The notes beneath the pieces were generated by a model. The model had not been told where the DNA came from, did no database searches, and saw only the letters and a list, made by a program, of their open reading frames with translations. The position numbers were made by a program, and so were the translations under genes. This document shows, piece after piece, positions 17,125 to 27,170 of a DNA stretch of 43,762 bases (its first letter is position 1; every line of letters starts with the position of its first letter). The stretch comes from Methanomicrobia archaeon. Lineage in GTDB: Archaea > Halobacteriota > Syntropharchaeia > Alkanophagales > Methanospirareceae. Location of the stretch: contig JAFGKP010000133.1 of the NCBI GenBank assembly GCA_016928455.1, positions 1 through 43,762 of the forward strand, read 5' to 3'.

Positions 17125-18999
17125 ATGGAAAGGATTATTGGCATAGATCTCGGAACAACGAACTCAGAAGCGGCATTCGTAGGTGCAGGCGGCGACGTGA
17201 AAATTATACCGAGTGCCGAGGGCAGCGCTTACGGTGGGAAGATGTTTCCCTCGGTCGTTGCCTTTACTAAGGACAAACAGCGGCTGGTCGGTGTAGCAGC
17301 GAAGCGACAGGCAATCGTGAATCCAGAGGGCACGGTACGCGAAGTGAAGCGGAAGATGGGCACGGCTGAGAAGATTTACGTGAAGACCGTGGACAAAGAG
17401 TTTACGCCGCAAGAGATCTCCGCGATGGTGCTGCAGAAGATCAAGACGGACGCGGAGGCGTATCTGGGTGAGAAGATTGATGCGGCGGTGATCACCGTGC
17501 CGGCATATTTCGATGATAATCAGCGGCAGGCGACGAAGGACGCCGGCGAAATTGCCGGGTTCGAGGTGAAACGGATAATAAACGAGCCCACGGCGGCCGC
17601 CATGGCTTACGGGCTCGGCAAAGCGGGCGAATATAAGGTCGTCGTCCTCGATTTCGGCGGCGGCACATTTGACGTCACGATCATGGATATAGGCGAAGGC
17701 GTCTTCGAAGTGCTTGCCACGAACGGTGATACGCAGCTCGGTGGCACTGACATCGATGCTGCCGTCGTCAACTGGCTGATTGAGGGCTTCAAGCAGAAAG
17801 AAGGTATCGATTTACGAGCCGATTTAACGGCACTGCAGCGCATACGGGACGAAGCGGAACGAGCGAAGATTGAACTCTCCTCATCGGTCTCGACGAGCAT
17901 CAATCTCCCTTTTATCGCGGTAAAGGATGGTGAGCCGCGGCATTTTGAAGAGACCCTAACACGAGCGAAGTTAGAGGAATTGGCCGAGCCGACCCTGAGA
18001 CGGGTGGACGCGCCGATACGACAGGCCCTGAAAGATGCGAAGCTCTCTGCTGCGGAGATCGACCGGATCATCCTCATCGGCGGGCCAACGCGTATGCCGA
18101 TCGTGAAAGAGCGATTCGAGCACATTCTTGGCAAGAAGGCGGAGGGCGGCATTGATCCCATGCAGTCCGTTGCACTCGGCGCGGCGATCCAGGCAGGCAT
18201 TCTCGCAGGGCAGGTGAAGGAGGAGATCGTTCTACTCGACGTGACACCGTTGACGCTCAGTGTGGAGACGCTTGGCGGTGTTGCCACCGCCCTGATCGAG
18301 CGGAACACGACGGTCCCAACGAAGCGATCACAGATATTCACCACCGCTGCGGATAGCCAGACAAGCGTAGAGATCCATGTCACGCAGGGCGAGCGGCCAA
18401 TGGCTGCGGACAATACTTCGCTGGGGAGGTTCCATCTGGATGGTATTCCGCCCGCACCACGCGGTATTCCCCAGATTGAGGTAACCTTCGATATCGACGC
18501 GAACGGTATTTTAAACGTCACGGCGAAGGATTTGGGAACCGGTAAGGAGGCTTCTATCAGAATCACCGCGTCAACGAAACTGCCAAAGGAGCAGATAGAC
18601 GAGATGGTGAAGGAGGCGGAGCGGTACAGTGAAGATGACCGGAAGCGTAAAGAGGAGATAGAACTCCGGAATCAGGCTGACTCGCTCGTGTACACCACGG
18701 AAAAGACGATCGAGGAGCTCGGTGAGAAGATACCTGCCGACCAGCGGGAGAAGGTTGAGCGCGCGAAGGATGCGCTAAAAGCGTCCTTAAAGGGCACTGA
18801 CATCGCGAAGATCAAGACGGACACGGATGAGCTGACGAAAGCACTGCATGCCGTCTCTGCAGTCGTCTACCAGGAGGCGGCGAGGCAGGCTGCTGAAGCG
18901 GAAGCTGCCGCGGGCAAGAAAGAACCAGACGCCGGGGAGAAGGCAGAGAGCGACTACGTTGATGTCGAGTATGACGTGAAGGATGAGGAGGGCAAGTAG
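17125..18999 (+). CDS. dnaK: Molecular chaperone DnaK (Hsp70)
   Basis: 624 aa. [30 protein letters not shown], full substrate-binding and lid domains. Confidence 0.95.
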   Translation: MERIIGIDLGTTNSEAAFVGAGGDVKIIPSAEGSAYGGKMFPSVVAFTKDKQRLVGVAAKRQAIVNPEGTVREVKRKMGTAEKIYVKTVDKEFTPQEISAMVLQKIKTDAEAYLGEKIDAAVITVPAYFDDNQRQATKDAGEIAGFEVKRIINEPTAAAMAYGLGKAGEYKVVVLDFGGGTFDVTIMDIGEGVFEVLATNGDTQLGGTDIDAAVVNWLIEGFKQKEGIDLRADLTALQRIRDEAERAKIELSSSVSTSINLPFIAVKDGEPRHFEETLTRAKLEELAEPTLRRVDAPIRQALKDAKLSAAEIDRIILIGGPTRMPIVKERFEHILGKKAEGGIDPMQSVALGAAIQAGILAGQVKEEIVLLDVTPLTLSVETLGGVATALIERNTTVPTKRSQIFTTAADSQTSVEIHVTQGERPMAADNTSLGRFHLDGIPPAPRGIPQIEVTFDIDANGILNVTAKDLGTGKEASIRITASTKLPKEQIDEMVKEAERYSEDDRKRKEEIELRNQADSLVYTTEKTIEELGEKIPADQREKVERAKDALKASLKGTDIAKIKTDTDELTKALHAVSAVVYQEAARQAAEAEAAAGKKEPDAGEKAESDYVDVEYDVKDEEGK

Positions 19000-19128
19000 A
19001 GATACTGCCCTGGAAGATGATTGAGGGAGCCTTCCCTCATTCATATTATTTCCCTGACCGGCTGATTCCTTTCTTTTCTGCTTCCCGGCAGTACGGGATG
19101 AGCGAGTGGAAACCGTTACGATTAACTG

Positions 19129-20430
19129 TCATTTCTTCTCCCACAGGTACAGATCCAGCACCTGTGAAAGCGTCTTACCGCGTTTTATCTCTTCACGTAC
19201 CCGTTCTTCGTTCTTCCAGACTTCCTTTGCACGCCGCGCAATCTCGTAGGCACGCTCCCTGGGCACGACCACCACGCCATTGTCATCGCCAATGATCCAG
19301 TCACCCGGTCTGACCTCCTGACCACCGCAGGTGATCTCCGTGTTCAGCTCTCCGAATCCTTTTGGCTCACCCGCATTCGGAACGATAAAGCGCGCGAAGA
19401 CCGGGAACCGGATGCGTCGTATCTCATCCACGTCACGTGTCGCACCATCGATCACGATACCGGCGATGCCCCTCTGCTTACAACTCCAGGAAGCGAGTTC
19501 ACCCCAGGGCGCAATGTCCTTCGCGCCCGCGTATGCCACGATTACCTCGCCTTCCTTTGCGGTATCTATAGCCTCAACCACCTTTGCCCAGTCGCCTTCA
19601 AAGGTCTGCACGGTGACTGCCTTGCCAACGAGCTTGATGCCCTCGAAGACGGGCCGTATACCGTGCATAACGCCCTTGCGGTGCAGTGCGTCTGAGATAT
19701 TCGGGGTGCTTACTTGCTCAAAGAGCGCGTGGATCTCATCATCACGGCTTAGTTTCTCGCGACCTCGTCCTGCTGCCCAGTCAGAATCCATACTCTCCCG
19801 GATTTGCCGCGTTGCTGATTCCACGTTCGCCGTGCGTGTGATGTTACCGCCGACGATAATGACCTCGGCACCCAACTGCACGGCCTCAGCTGCCGTTTCC
19901 GCATCGATGCCACCCGCAACGGCTAAGGGAATTGACACCGCAGCAGCCACCTGCTCGAGGAGTTGTAATGTGTCCATGCCCCTCATCTGCTGATCGATCC
20001 CCACATGCACGCAGAGGTAATCCACGCCGAGCGCGTCCAGTTCGCGCGCACGTTTTTCCGGGTCAGCTGCGTTCATGAGGTCTACCATCACGGCCACACC
20101 GTATTTCCGGGCGGACCGTACGGCGTCCTGGATCGTGGCGTCGTCTGCAGCGGCGAGGATTGAAACGACCGCCGCACCTGATTTCGCTGCCATCTCTACC
20201 TCGATCGCACCGGTATCCATGATCTTCATATCAGCGATGATCTTCGCCCCGGGGAATGCATCCCGTAACGTTCGGATCGCATGCATGCCCTCGCTCTTGA
20301 TCAGGGGCGTACCCGCTTCGAGCCAGTCGGCACCGCCAGCTACACATTCCTTCGCGAGCTGCATCGCCCGGTCCAGTTCGGTCACGTCGAGTGCAACCTG
20401 TAGCAGTTTCCGCCCTTTCGCATCGCTCAT
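19129..20430 (-). CDS. Fusion protein: 3-hexulose-6-phosphate synthase (OMP-decarboxylase fold) N-terminal domain plus RraA-like C-terminal domain
   Basis: N-terminal half LLQVALDV...[13 protein letters not shown]...IIADMKIMD...VHVGIDQQ (HPS). C-terminal half NISDAL...[24 protein letters not shown]...[16 protein letters not shown] (RraA family). Start set at the Met at 20430; the 42 upstream codons of the track ORF look non-coding. Confidence 0.75.
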   Translation of the reverse strand: MSDAKGRKLLQVALDVTELDRAMQLAKECVAGGADWLEAGTPLIKSEGMHAIRTLRDAFPGAKIIADMKIMDTGAIEVEMAAKSGAAVVSILAAADDATIQDAVRSARKYGVAVMVDLMNAADPEKRARELDALGVDYLCVHVGIDQQMRGMDTLQLLEQVAAAVSIPLAVAGGIDAETAAEAVQLGAEVIIVGGNITRTANVESATRQIRESMDSDWAAGRGREKLSRDDEIHALFEQVSTPNISDALHRKGVMHGIRPVFEGIKLVGKAVTVQTFEGDWAKVVEAIDTAKEGEVIVAYAGAKDIAPWGELASWSCKQRGIAGIVIDGATRDVDEIRRIRFPVFARFIVPNAGEPKGFGELNTEITCGGQEVRPGDWIIGDDNGVVVVPRERAYEIARRAKEVWKNEERVREEIKRGKTLSQVLDLYLWEKK

Positions 20431-20859
20431 GATTACGAGAGCTCCTTGTAGCCGCAAAACCCGTAGATCCGCGTCTCTGTGCTTATAGTACTCTTTATGG
20501 TAGCAGCATAATAATTCAGGTGACAAATAAATGATTGCTTGTGAGGAAACGCTCACGCTTGCCGCACGTACGATCGCTGGACCTGGCGGTAAGCACCTGA
20601 GATGTGATACTCGTGATCGGCACCTCAGCCATTTTCAAGTAAGCCGCAAGCTTGTTGCTCGTTGCCTGAAAGGTCCGGGCAAGGGTCATCGGGGTGAAAC
20701 CAGAGCCCACTTCCTTCACGGAACTCGTCGCCGAGTATTTTTTACGAGGGAATGCGGGCGAGATCTAACAGCGCGTGATTGCGAACGTGCGGCGAATAGG
20801 TCAATTGGAGGAGGTGGTGGAAGATAGCTCCATGTTCAAGTCCGCCAGGGAGTGGTCTC

Positions 20860-21810
20860 ATGCATATTGAGATACTGGGCACGGAATCGCTGGGCGTTCG
20901 CGGCCTCAGTTGCATTGTAGCCGTAAATGGCCGGAAGATTCTCATTGATCCCGGCGTTGCGCTCGGCTACACCCGTCACGGGTTGTTGCCCCACCCGTTA
21001 CAGGTCGCCGTCGGCGTGACCGTGCGTCAGAAGATTCTCACGGCCCTAACAGATGCGACGGACGTTGTGCTCAGCCATTTCCACGGCGACCATGTCCCGT
21101 TGAGCGATGCGAATCCCTATCAGCTCGCCGCGCAGGACGCAGCTACGGCATGCCGAAATCAGGGTGATAAACTCAGGTTCTGGACGAAAGGACCTCAAGG
21201 ACTCTCACATAGCATGAAAAGCCGAATAAGTGCGCTCCACGGGCTGCTTGACGGTGAATTCACGATCGCCGAGGAACTGCATGACGGCTGCATGAGCTTC
21301 TCCTCGTCCGTTCCACACGGCTGCCGCAACGAGGGAGGTGGCAGGGTGATGATGACAAGGATCGCAGACGGGAAGGACGTATTCGTGCACGCTTCGGATA
21401 TCCAGTTGCTCGATGAAGAGGCTGTCACCCGTGTCCTCGCGTGGCAGCCAACGATCGTGTTTGCGTCGGGCCCGCCACTATATCTCCCACACCTGGCACA
21501 GAAACAGCGGCGATTAGCGTGGAGTAATGCCGTTCGACTCGCGCATGAAATTGACACGCTCATTCTCGACCACCACATGATGCGCTCAAAGGTCGGGGAA
21601 CGCTGGCTCGATACGCTAGCGGCTCTGACCGAGCATCGCGTTTGTTGCGCGGCTGATTTCATGGGACGACCTCGGATGCTACTGGAAGCATGGCGACAAC
21701 GGCTATATGCTGAACTACCCGTACCTGACGGCTGGCATATTGCATATGCAAACGGCGAGATTGATGCGAGCCTTTATAACGACTGGCTGCCGCGTGTGGA
21801 GTTGTGGTAG
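20860..21810 (+). CDS. UPF0282-family MBL-fold protein (archaeal)
   Basis: MHIEILGTESLGVRGLSCIV...ILIDPGVALG...LPHP...VVLSHFHGDH matches the UPF0282 N-terminal pattern. Confidence 0.65.
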   Translation: MHIEILGTESLGVRGLSCIVAVNGRKILIDPGVALGYTRHGLLPHPLQVAVGVTVRQKILTALTDATDVVLSHFHGDHVPLSDANPYQLAAQDAATACRNQGDKLRFWTKGPQGLSHSMKSRISALHGLLDGEFTIAEELHDGCMSFSSSVPHGCRNEGGGRVMMTRIADGKDVFVHASDIQLLDEEAVTRVLAWQPTIVFASGPPLYLPHLAQKQRRLAWSNAVRLAHEIDTLILDHHMMRSKVGERWLDTLAALTEHRVCCAADFMGRPRMLLEAWRQRLYAELPVPDGWHIAYANGEIDASLYNDWLPRVELW

Positions 21811-22021
21811 AATTGGCCGGAGAGGCTGTTCGGCGTGCCTCTTGCATCACTATCGCTGTTTCGCGTGAGCTTATACGAGACTACAAGAAACCCCACGTGC
21901 TTTTCTCTTCCTGCGGTATACTCATGAATATCCTCGCAATGCCGGTCTCGTGGTACGGTAATTTCCGTATTCGTTCACCGGTGAGCATTGAGCTGTTCAT
22001 TGTGAGAGCATTAACAGGACT

Positions 22022-22336
22022 ATGAGGCGAAAGAACATGACACTTCCAGACGAAGTGAGAGCGAATCTAGAAGAGGTATTAAGCGCATGGCTCGAGAACT
22101 TTGAGCCAATTGCGGAAGCAGAGCGTGATTTTTTGGCGCGTATAGGAATTGAGCCGATGCGTGAAACAATGCTGAGCTATACCGCGGGCGTTGTTGATAC
22201 GGTCGTCGGCAGCTATATTCACACGCTCTTCAATCGTGGTATGACCGATGATGAAGATGCAGAAATGATCGCGGTATTTAAAGAAAAGCTACCGGAATTC
22301 GAGCACAAGCTAGATGAGTTTCTCGGAAGGGACTAG
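22022..22336 (+). CDS. Hypothetical small acidic protein (104 aa)
   Basis: ORF only. Backbone-like composition and a position just upstream of the MATE gene. No recognisable motif. Confidence 0.35.
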   Translation: MRRKNMTLPDEVRANLEEVLSAWLENFEPIAEAERDFLARIGIEPMRETMLSYTAGVVDTVVGSYIHTLFNRGMTDDEDAEMIAVFKEKLPEFEHKLDEFLGRD

Positions 22337-22374
22337 ACTAGCTAGCGGCTGACTGCTTTGAAGGTCGAACAACG

Positions 22375-23772
22375 GTGACGAAAAACGGTGTTTCGCGTGC
22401 GAGCGCACGAACGGATGCAACGGAAGGTGTGAAGACGCTGCTCGGCGATCCGAAGCGTGCGATTTGGAAGCTCGCACTGCCCATGATCGCTGCGATGTCG
22501 ATCCAAACGCTGTACAATCTCGTGGACGCTTTTTGGGTTGCGGGTCTCGGAGCGGACGCGCTCGCTGGCATTGGATTCGTCTTCCCGTTCTTCTTCTTCG
22601 CAATGGCGCTCTCCAACGGGCTGGGCGTGGGCACGGGCTCGGCACTCGCGCGACGAATCGGCGCGCAGGACAAGGCGGGTGCGGATAATGTCGCGGTTCA
22701 TACGCTCATCATCATGGTGATCCTCGCTGTTAGCTATACCGTTCCCCTAGTGGTATTTGCCGAGGATATCTTTATCCGCATCGGAGCCGGCTCGACGGTG
22801 TCCATGACGGTCGCGTACGGCCAGGTCGTCTTCGCGGGCAGCATCTTCCTCTTCTTCTCGAATGTCGCGAATGCGATCCTGCGCGGCGAAGGCGATGCGA
22901 AGCGTGCGATGTACGCAATGGCGCTCGGCGCTGGCCTGAACATTGTCCTTGATCCGATCTTCATCTACACGCTCGGGCTCGGTATCGCGGGAGCAGCCTG
23001 GGCGACCGTGCTCTCGCTCGGCATCACCTCACTCCTCATGCTCAACTGGCTGCTCTTCAAACGGGACACGTACGTCTCGTTCGCCTTCCGCGATTTTGCC
23101 TGCGATCGCCTCATTGTCAGAGATCTGTTCAGCGTTGGCCTGCCCTCGGCTGCGATGCAGCTCTCCATGTCGCTCACGATGCTCGTCCTGAACGTAATTA
23201 TCGTGATGGTGGATACGACGGACGGCGTCGCAGTCTACTCGACCGGCTGGCGGGTGGCGAGCATGGCTACTCTGCCCACGATCGGAATAGCGACTGCAGT
23301 TGTACCGGTCACCGGCGCGGCCTATGGTGCGCGCGTCTTTAGCCGGTTGAGCATCGCGCATTTCTATGCTATTAAGATCGGGCTACTCCTAGAGACCGTG
23401 ATCGCCGTTGCTACCTTCGCATTCGCGCCGCAGATCGCAGCAGCCTTCACGCAAGCGGAAGCGGCCGCACGGATCGCGCCCGACCTCACGCTCTTCCTCA
23501 GGATCATCTGCCTCTTTTACCCCTCTATCTCGTTCGGTATGCTCTCTTCCGCGGTCTTCCAGGGCACGGGCAAGGGTGTGAACGCACTGCTCGTTACCCT
23601 CTTACGCACGATCATTCTCACCGTACTGCTCGCGTTTCTCTTTGCTGTGGTCTTCGATTGGGGACTCGTCGGGGTCTGGTGGGGGCTGGTGATTGCGAAT
23701 ATCGTTGGCGCGCTCATCGCGTTCACCTGGGTGCGGCTGTACATCCGCGGGTTGGTGAAAATACGATCGTAG
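22375..23772 (+). CDS. MATE-family multidrug/compound efflux transporter
   Basis: 12-TM-like profile. LALPMIAAMSIQTLYNLVDAFWVAGLG is the typical MATE N-terminal motif. GTG start. Confidence 0.8.
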   Translation: MTKNGVSRASARTDATEGVKTLLGDPKRAIWKLALPMIAAMSIQTLYNLVDAFWVAGLGADALAGIGFVFPFFFFAMALSNGLGVGTGSALARRIGAQDKAGADNVAVHTLIIMVILAVSYTVPLVVFAEDIFIRIGAGSTVSMTVAYGQVVFAGSIFLFFSNVANAILRGEGDAKRAMYAMALGAGLNIVLDPIFIYTLGLGIAGAAWATVLSLGITSLLMLNWLLFKRDTYVSFAFRDFACDRLIVRDLFSVGLPSAAMQLSMSLTMLVLNVIIVMVDTTDGVAVYSTGWRVASMATLPTIGIATAVVPVTGAAYGARVFSRLSIAHFYAIKIGLLLETVIAVATFAFAPQIAAAFTQAEAAARIAPDLTLFLRIICLFYPSISFGMLSSAVFQGTGKGVNALLVTLLRTIILTVLLAFLFAVVFDWGLVGVWWGLVIANIVGALIAFTWVRLYIRGLVKIRS

Positions 23773-23925
23773 GTATCCCGCTTTAGAATTTAAGTTCAGC
23801 TCGACCTTATTAGTTATAGCGTGCCGTGCGCAGTGCGCGCACCACAGGGGCTGTTTACCGTGCCTTCAGGTAGCTCATATTTCGAGGAAGCGAAGCCGCC
23901 CGCGCACCGCGGACGCGACGGAGCA

Positions 23926-24624
23926 ATGCCGTCAAGGGCAAGCATATCCACCGGGCTGCCGCGGCTCGATCCGTTTTTAGGAGCTTTCAAAGCGGGCACC
24001 GTGAGCATGATTGAGGGCAACCATCCTTTCATCTTTGAGCTGCTCTCCTTGCTCGCCATCAACGCGGTCACGCATCTGGGAAAGCGGGTCGTTTACGTGG
24101 ATGGCGGTAATTCCATCGATCCTTACCTCATTGCGACGCTCGCCAAGCGGTCAGGGCTAAAGCCAGCTGCAGTGCTTCCTCAGATACTGGTTGCACGGGC
24201 GTTCACCGCGTATCAACTGGACACGATCATCTCTGATCGGCTCGATGCGGTGCTTGATCAGGCGGAGCCCGGCCTGCTGGTCGTTGCTCGCATTACAGAT
24301 CTCTTCATGGATCGGGCGGTAGCCGAGAAGGAGGCGCTCGCCAGGTTAAGACGATGCGTTGCTCGCATCGAAACGAGCACCCTCGACCGGCAGTTGATCA
24401 CGGTGGTCACGAAGCGGCGGCGAACGCGAACGCCCTCGTCGCGCGCGCTTGCGGTTGATGAAGTTCTCGCAAAGCTCCCAGAGGAGCAGATCAGTATAGA
24501 GCGCAGGAAGAAGGGTGTCAGGCTACGCCAACACACGCGTGGCATCCTCATGGACTACGTGCCACTTTCGATCTATCAAACGACACTGGATGAGTTTATA
24601 GGCGGTGGTAAGCAAAATGGGTAG
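23926..24624 (+). CDS. RadA/RadB-like RecA-fold protein with degenerate Walker A and B motifs (predicted inactive ATPase)
   Basis: ISTGLPRLDPFLGAFKAGTVSMIEG aligns with the RadB N-terminus. However GNHPFIFE replaces GxxGxGKT, and LLVVAR replaces the hhhhD Walker B. Ends in QTTLDEFI plus 7 aa. Start set at the ATG at 23926 rather than the track's GTG at 23821. Confidence 0.6.
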   Translation: MPSRASISTGLPRLDPFLGAFKAGTVSMIEGNHPFIFELLSLLAINAVTHLGKRVVYVDGGNSIDPYLIATLAKRSGLKPAAVLPQILVARAFTAYQLDTIISDRLDAVLDQAEPGLLVVARITDLFMDRAVAEKEALARLRRCVARIETSTLDRQLITVVTKRRRTRTPSSRALAVDEVLAKLPEEQISIERRKKGVRLRQHTRGILMDYVPLSIYQTTLDEFIGGGKQNG

Positions 24625-24913
24625 AACGGTCCGCACCTATCGGACGGTGCTGGAAGAGCTGATCGCCGACTGGGAACGGTTCCGAAAAGCGTTGCGGAAA
24701 GAGGACCGGGAAGCGTTCGATCGCCTGATGGGGAAAGCGCGCGCACACGCCAGCGCGGCCAGCTACGACGCACGCGTTGACCCCAGCGAATCGCTCTTCA
24801 TGTCTATCCTGGTGGAACAGGAGCGTGAGCTTGCGGAGCTGCGAACAGAGCTCGATGAGCTGCGAGCGAAGGTCGTGAAGCTCGAGCAGCAGCACCAGGA
24901 GGAGGAGCAGTAG
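24617..24913 (+). CDS. Small uncharacterised protein with C-terminal coiled coil (98 aa), middle gene of the PolB2-type operon
   Basis: The ATG at 24617 overlaps the upstream stop by 8 nt. Its own stop lies 2 nt before the polymerase GTG. ELAELRTELDELRAKVVKLEQQ heptads. Confidence 0.5.
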   Translation: MGRTVRTYRTVLEELIADWERFRKALRKEDREAFDRLMGKARAHASAASYDARVDPSESLFMSILVEQERELAELRTELDELRAKVVKLEQQHQEEEQ

Positions 24914-24915
24914 CA

Positions 24916-27159
24916 GTGAACGGCTGGGTACTCGACGTCGGTGCTGATTATGAGCGGAACACGATCGTGCTCTGGCTTAAACAGGAGAATGGCGCGGTCG
25001 AGAAGGTGGAATGCCCCTTCTTACCGTCTCTTTATGTGCACTCGGCGCCGGCGAACTTGCAGGTGCTGGAAGCGACCTTCGAGGATGAGCCGTTCATCAA
25101 CGCACTGGGGTACGAGGAGAAGCGGCTGTGGCCAGGCGAGCCTGCGCAGGAGGTGTTAAGAATCACGCTCGCGGAGTACCGGATGTTCATGAAGCTCGCG
25201 CGAGAGATCGATGAGATGGGCGATTACGCGCTCTACCAGCTCTTCAATGTGGATCTTAGCATCCCTACGGCGTTTCTGCTGGAGAAGGGCATCGTCCCGA
25301 TGGCTCGGATCGCCGTAACGGGCGAGTCAGAGTTCGAGCTGCTCGAAGACCTCACCGCTATTGATTATCAGCTCCCTGAGCTCCGAAGCGTCAGCCTGGA
25401 GGGCAAGGTCACTGCTACAAGCCCGCACACGGCTGCATGTCCCTTATCTGAGATTTTGCTCGATCGCAAGCCGGTGACGGGCCGCACTGAACAGGACCTG
25501 CTCCTCGGACTCCTTGGAACTATCACTGCTGCGGACCCGGATATTATGTATACCACGAACGGCGATGCGTTCCTCATTCCGTATCTCATGGAACGGGCAA
25601 GGGTCAACGGGCTTGATGACTTCTTCCTCGGCCGCGGACGCGACCTCAGGCCGGTGGGACCAGGGAAGTCGTACTTCAGCTACGGGCGCGTTATCTACCG
25701 CCCACCGACATGCCTCTTCAACGGCCGGATACACATCGATCAGAGCAACTCATTCCTCATCCGGGAGGGCGGGCTCCCCGGTTTGATCGAGCTCGCACGA
25801 TTATCCCGGATCCCGCTGCAATCGCTCTCCCGCGTGACTCCCGGCACGGTGATCACCGCGATGCAAATCGCAGAGGCGTCACAGGAGAACGTCCTCGTCC
25901 GCTGGAAGAAGAATGTGCCCGAGGCGTTTAAAAACGCGCAAACGCTCTTCCTCGCCGATCGCGGCGGTATGATCTATGATCCCCGCGTGGGCGTCCACGA
26001 GGACGTTCTGGAGATCGACTTCACCTCGCTCTATCCCACTATTATGGTGAAGCAGAACATCTCGCCCGAGACCGTGCTCTGCTCGTGCTGCCCTGAGAGC
26101 AGCCATCGCGTCCCACTGATCGATTACCCGATCTGCGAGCAGCGGGTGGGGTTGATCCCTCGTGTTCTGGAGCCGCTGATCGCGCGCCGGAGTGAATACA
26201 AGCGACGTGTGAAGTCGAGCAGATGGCGGGATCAACGGGCGGTCTACGAGGCGCGGAAGAACGTCCTGAAATGGATCCTCGTCACCTGTTTTGGGTATAC
26301 CGGCTACAGAAATGCTCGGTTCGGCCGGATCGAATGCCACGAAGCGATCAATGCGTACGGCAGAGAGCTGCTGCTCCAGACCGCGCAGATCGCCGAAGAG
26401 CGTGGCTATGAGGTGCTCCACGGGATCATCGATTCACTCTGGTTGAAGGGCGCTGCGCGGACTGCACGCGACCACGAGCTCTTGCGGCAAGCGATCGAGC
26501 ATGAGACGGGCATGCCGCTGGAGCTTGAAGGCGTGTACCGCTGGGTCGTCTTTCTGCCGCGAAAGGCCCGGGACGGAGGCGCGCTGAACCGCTATTACGG
26601 GCTCTTCGCAGACGGCACGATGAAGATCCGCGGCCTGGAGCTGAGGCGCAGCGATACGCCGCAGATGATCCGGAATGCACAGCTGGATATGTTAAAGGTA
26701 ATGGCCAGAGCTGATACCGTGGCGGCGTTGTACGAACTCATGCCCGAGGTTATCGGAGTACTCCGCGAGTATGCCGATCGCATTGTGAACGGCGAGTGCG
26801 CCCTGGATGAGCTGGTCTTCACGCCTGTGGTCTCACGTGAACTTGAGTTTTATTCGCACGTGACCAACAGCGCTGCATGCTTGCTCCAGTTGAAGCGGCG
26901 CGGACGAGCCGTGCACCCTGGCGAGCGGATACAGTATATCGTGACCGATGCAGGCTCAGGGCGCTATGCGAAAAAGGTCAAGGCCTGGGCGCTGGCTGAG
27001 GGCACGGAACACTATGATAAGAAGCGCTATGTTCGGTTTTTGCTACGAGCCGGTGAGAGCATCCTCTCACCGTTCGGGTATACGGAGCGCAAACTGGTAG
27101 AGCTCATCAAACCCACGAGACAGGTAACGCTTCCAGTCTACCTAAAAGGCACTGACTGA
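24916..27159 (+). CDS. Divergent family-B DNA polymerase (PolB2-like; exonuclease motifs degenerate, polymerase motifs B and C non-canonical)
   Basis: Motif A present (EIDFTSLYPT, Asp codon at 26017-26019). Motif B region reads KWILVTCFGYTGY instead of KxxxNSxYG. Motif C reads HGIIDS (26419-26436) instead of YGDTDS. Exo I position VSLEG instead of FDIET. Exo II NGDAFLIPYL lacks the FD Asp. C-terminal QVTLPVYL. Confidence 0.75.
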   Translation: MNGWVLDVGADYERNTIVLWLKQENGAVEKVECPFLPSLYVHSAPANLQVLEATFEDEPFINALGYEEKRLWPGEPAQEVLRITLAEYRMFMKLAREIDEMGDYALYQLFNVDLSIPTAFLLEKGIVPMARIAVTGESEFELLEDLTAIDYQLPELRSVSLEGKVTATSPHTAACPLSEILLDRKPVTGRTEQDLLLGLLGTITAADPDIMYTTNGDAFLIPYLMERARVNGLDDFFLGRGRDLRPVGPGKSYFSYGRVIYRPPTCLFNGRIHIDQSNSFLIREGGLPGLIELARLSRIPLQSLSRVTPGTVITAMQIAEASQENVLVRWKKNVPEAFKNAQTLFLADRGGMIYDPRVGVHEDVLEIDFTSLYPTIMVKQNISPETVLCSCCPESSHRVPLIDYPICEQRVGLIPRVLEPLIARRSEYKRRVKSSRWRDQRAVYEARKNVLKWILVTCFGYTGYRNARFGRIECHEAINAYGRELLLQTAQIAEERGYEVLHGIIDSLWLKGAARTARDHELLRQAIEHETGMPLELEGVYRWVVFLPRKARDGGALNRYYGLFADGTMKIRGLELRRSDTPQMIRNAQLDMLKVMARADTVAALYELMPEVIGVLREYADRIVNGECALDELVFTPVVSRELEFYSHVTNSAACLLQLKRRGRAVHPGERIQYIVTDAGSGRYAKKVKAWALAEGTEHYDKKRYVRFLLRAGESILSPFGYTERKLVELIKPTRQVTLPVYLKGTD

Positions 27160-27170
27160 AGATACGTTAT

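Noticed and set aside
17607-18566. 319-aa ORF antisense to dnaK. Similar long antisense ORFs occur at 15327-15701, 15780-16259 and 16278-16679 in the thermosome gene, 19331-19993 and 20075-20488 in the HPS-RraA gene, 10790-11353 in the Cas4-like gene, 34953-35561 and 35494-36048 in the ribosomal genes, and 25879-26421 in polB.
   Set aside because: Each lies entirely inside a strongly supported gene on the other strand. Their products are Ser/Arg/Ala/Pro-rich and low-complexity with no motifs. This is the usual stop-codon-poor shadow-frame artefact of GC-rich coding DNA.
23821-23925. GTG-initiated 35-codon extension of the RadA-like ORF
   Set aside because: The RadB-type alignment begins at the ISTG motif just after the ATG at 23926. 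The extension is unconserved-looking and would remove the promoter space after the MATE gene.
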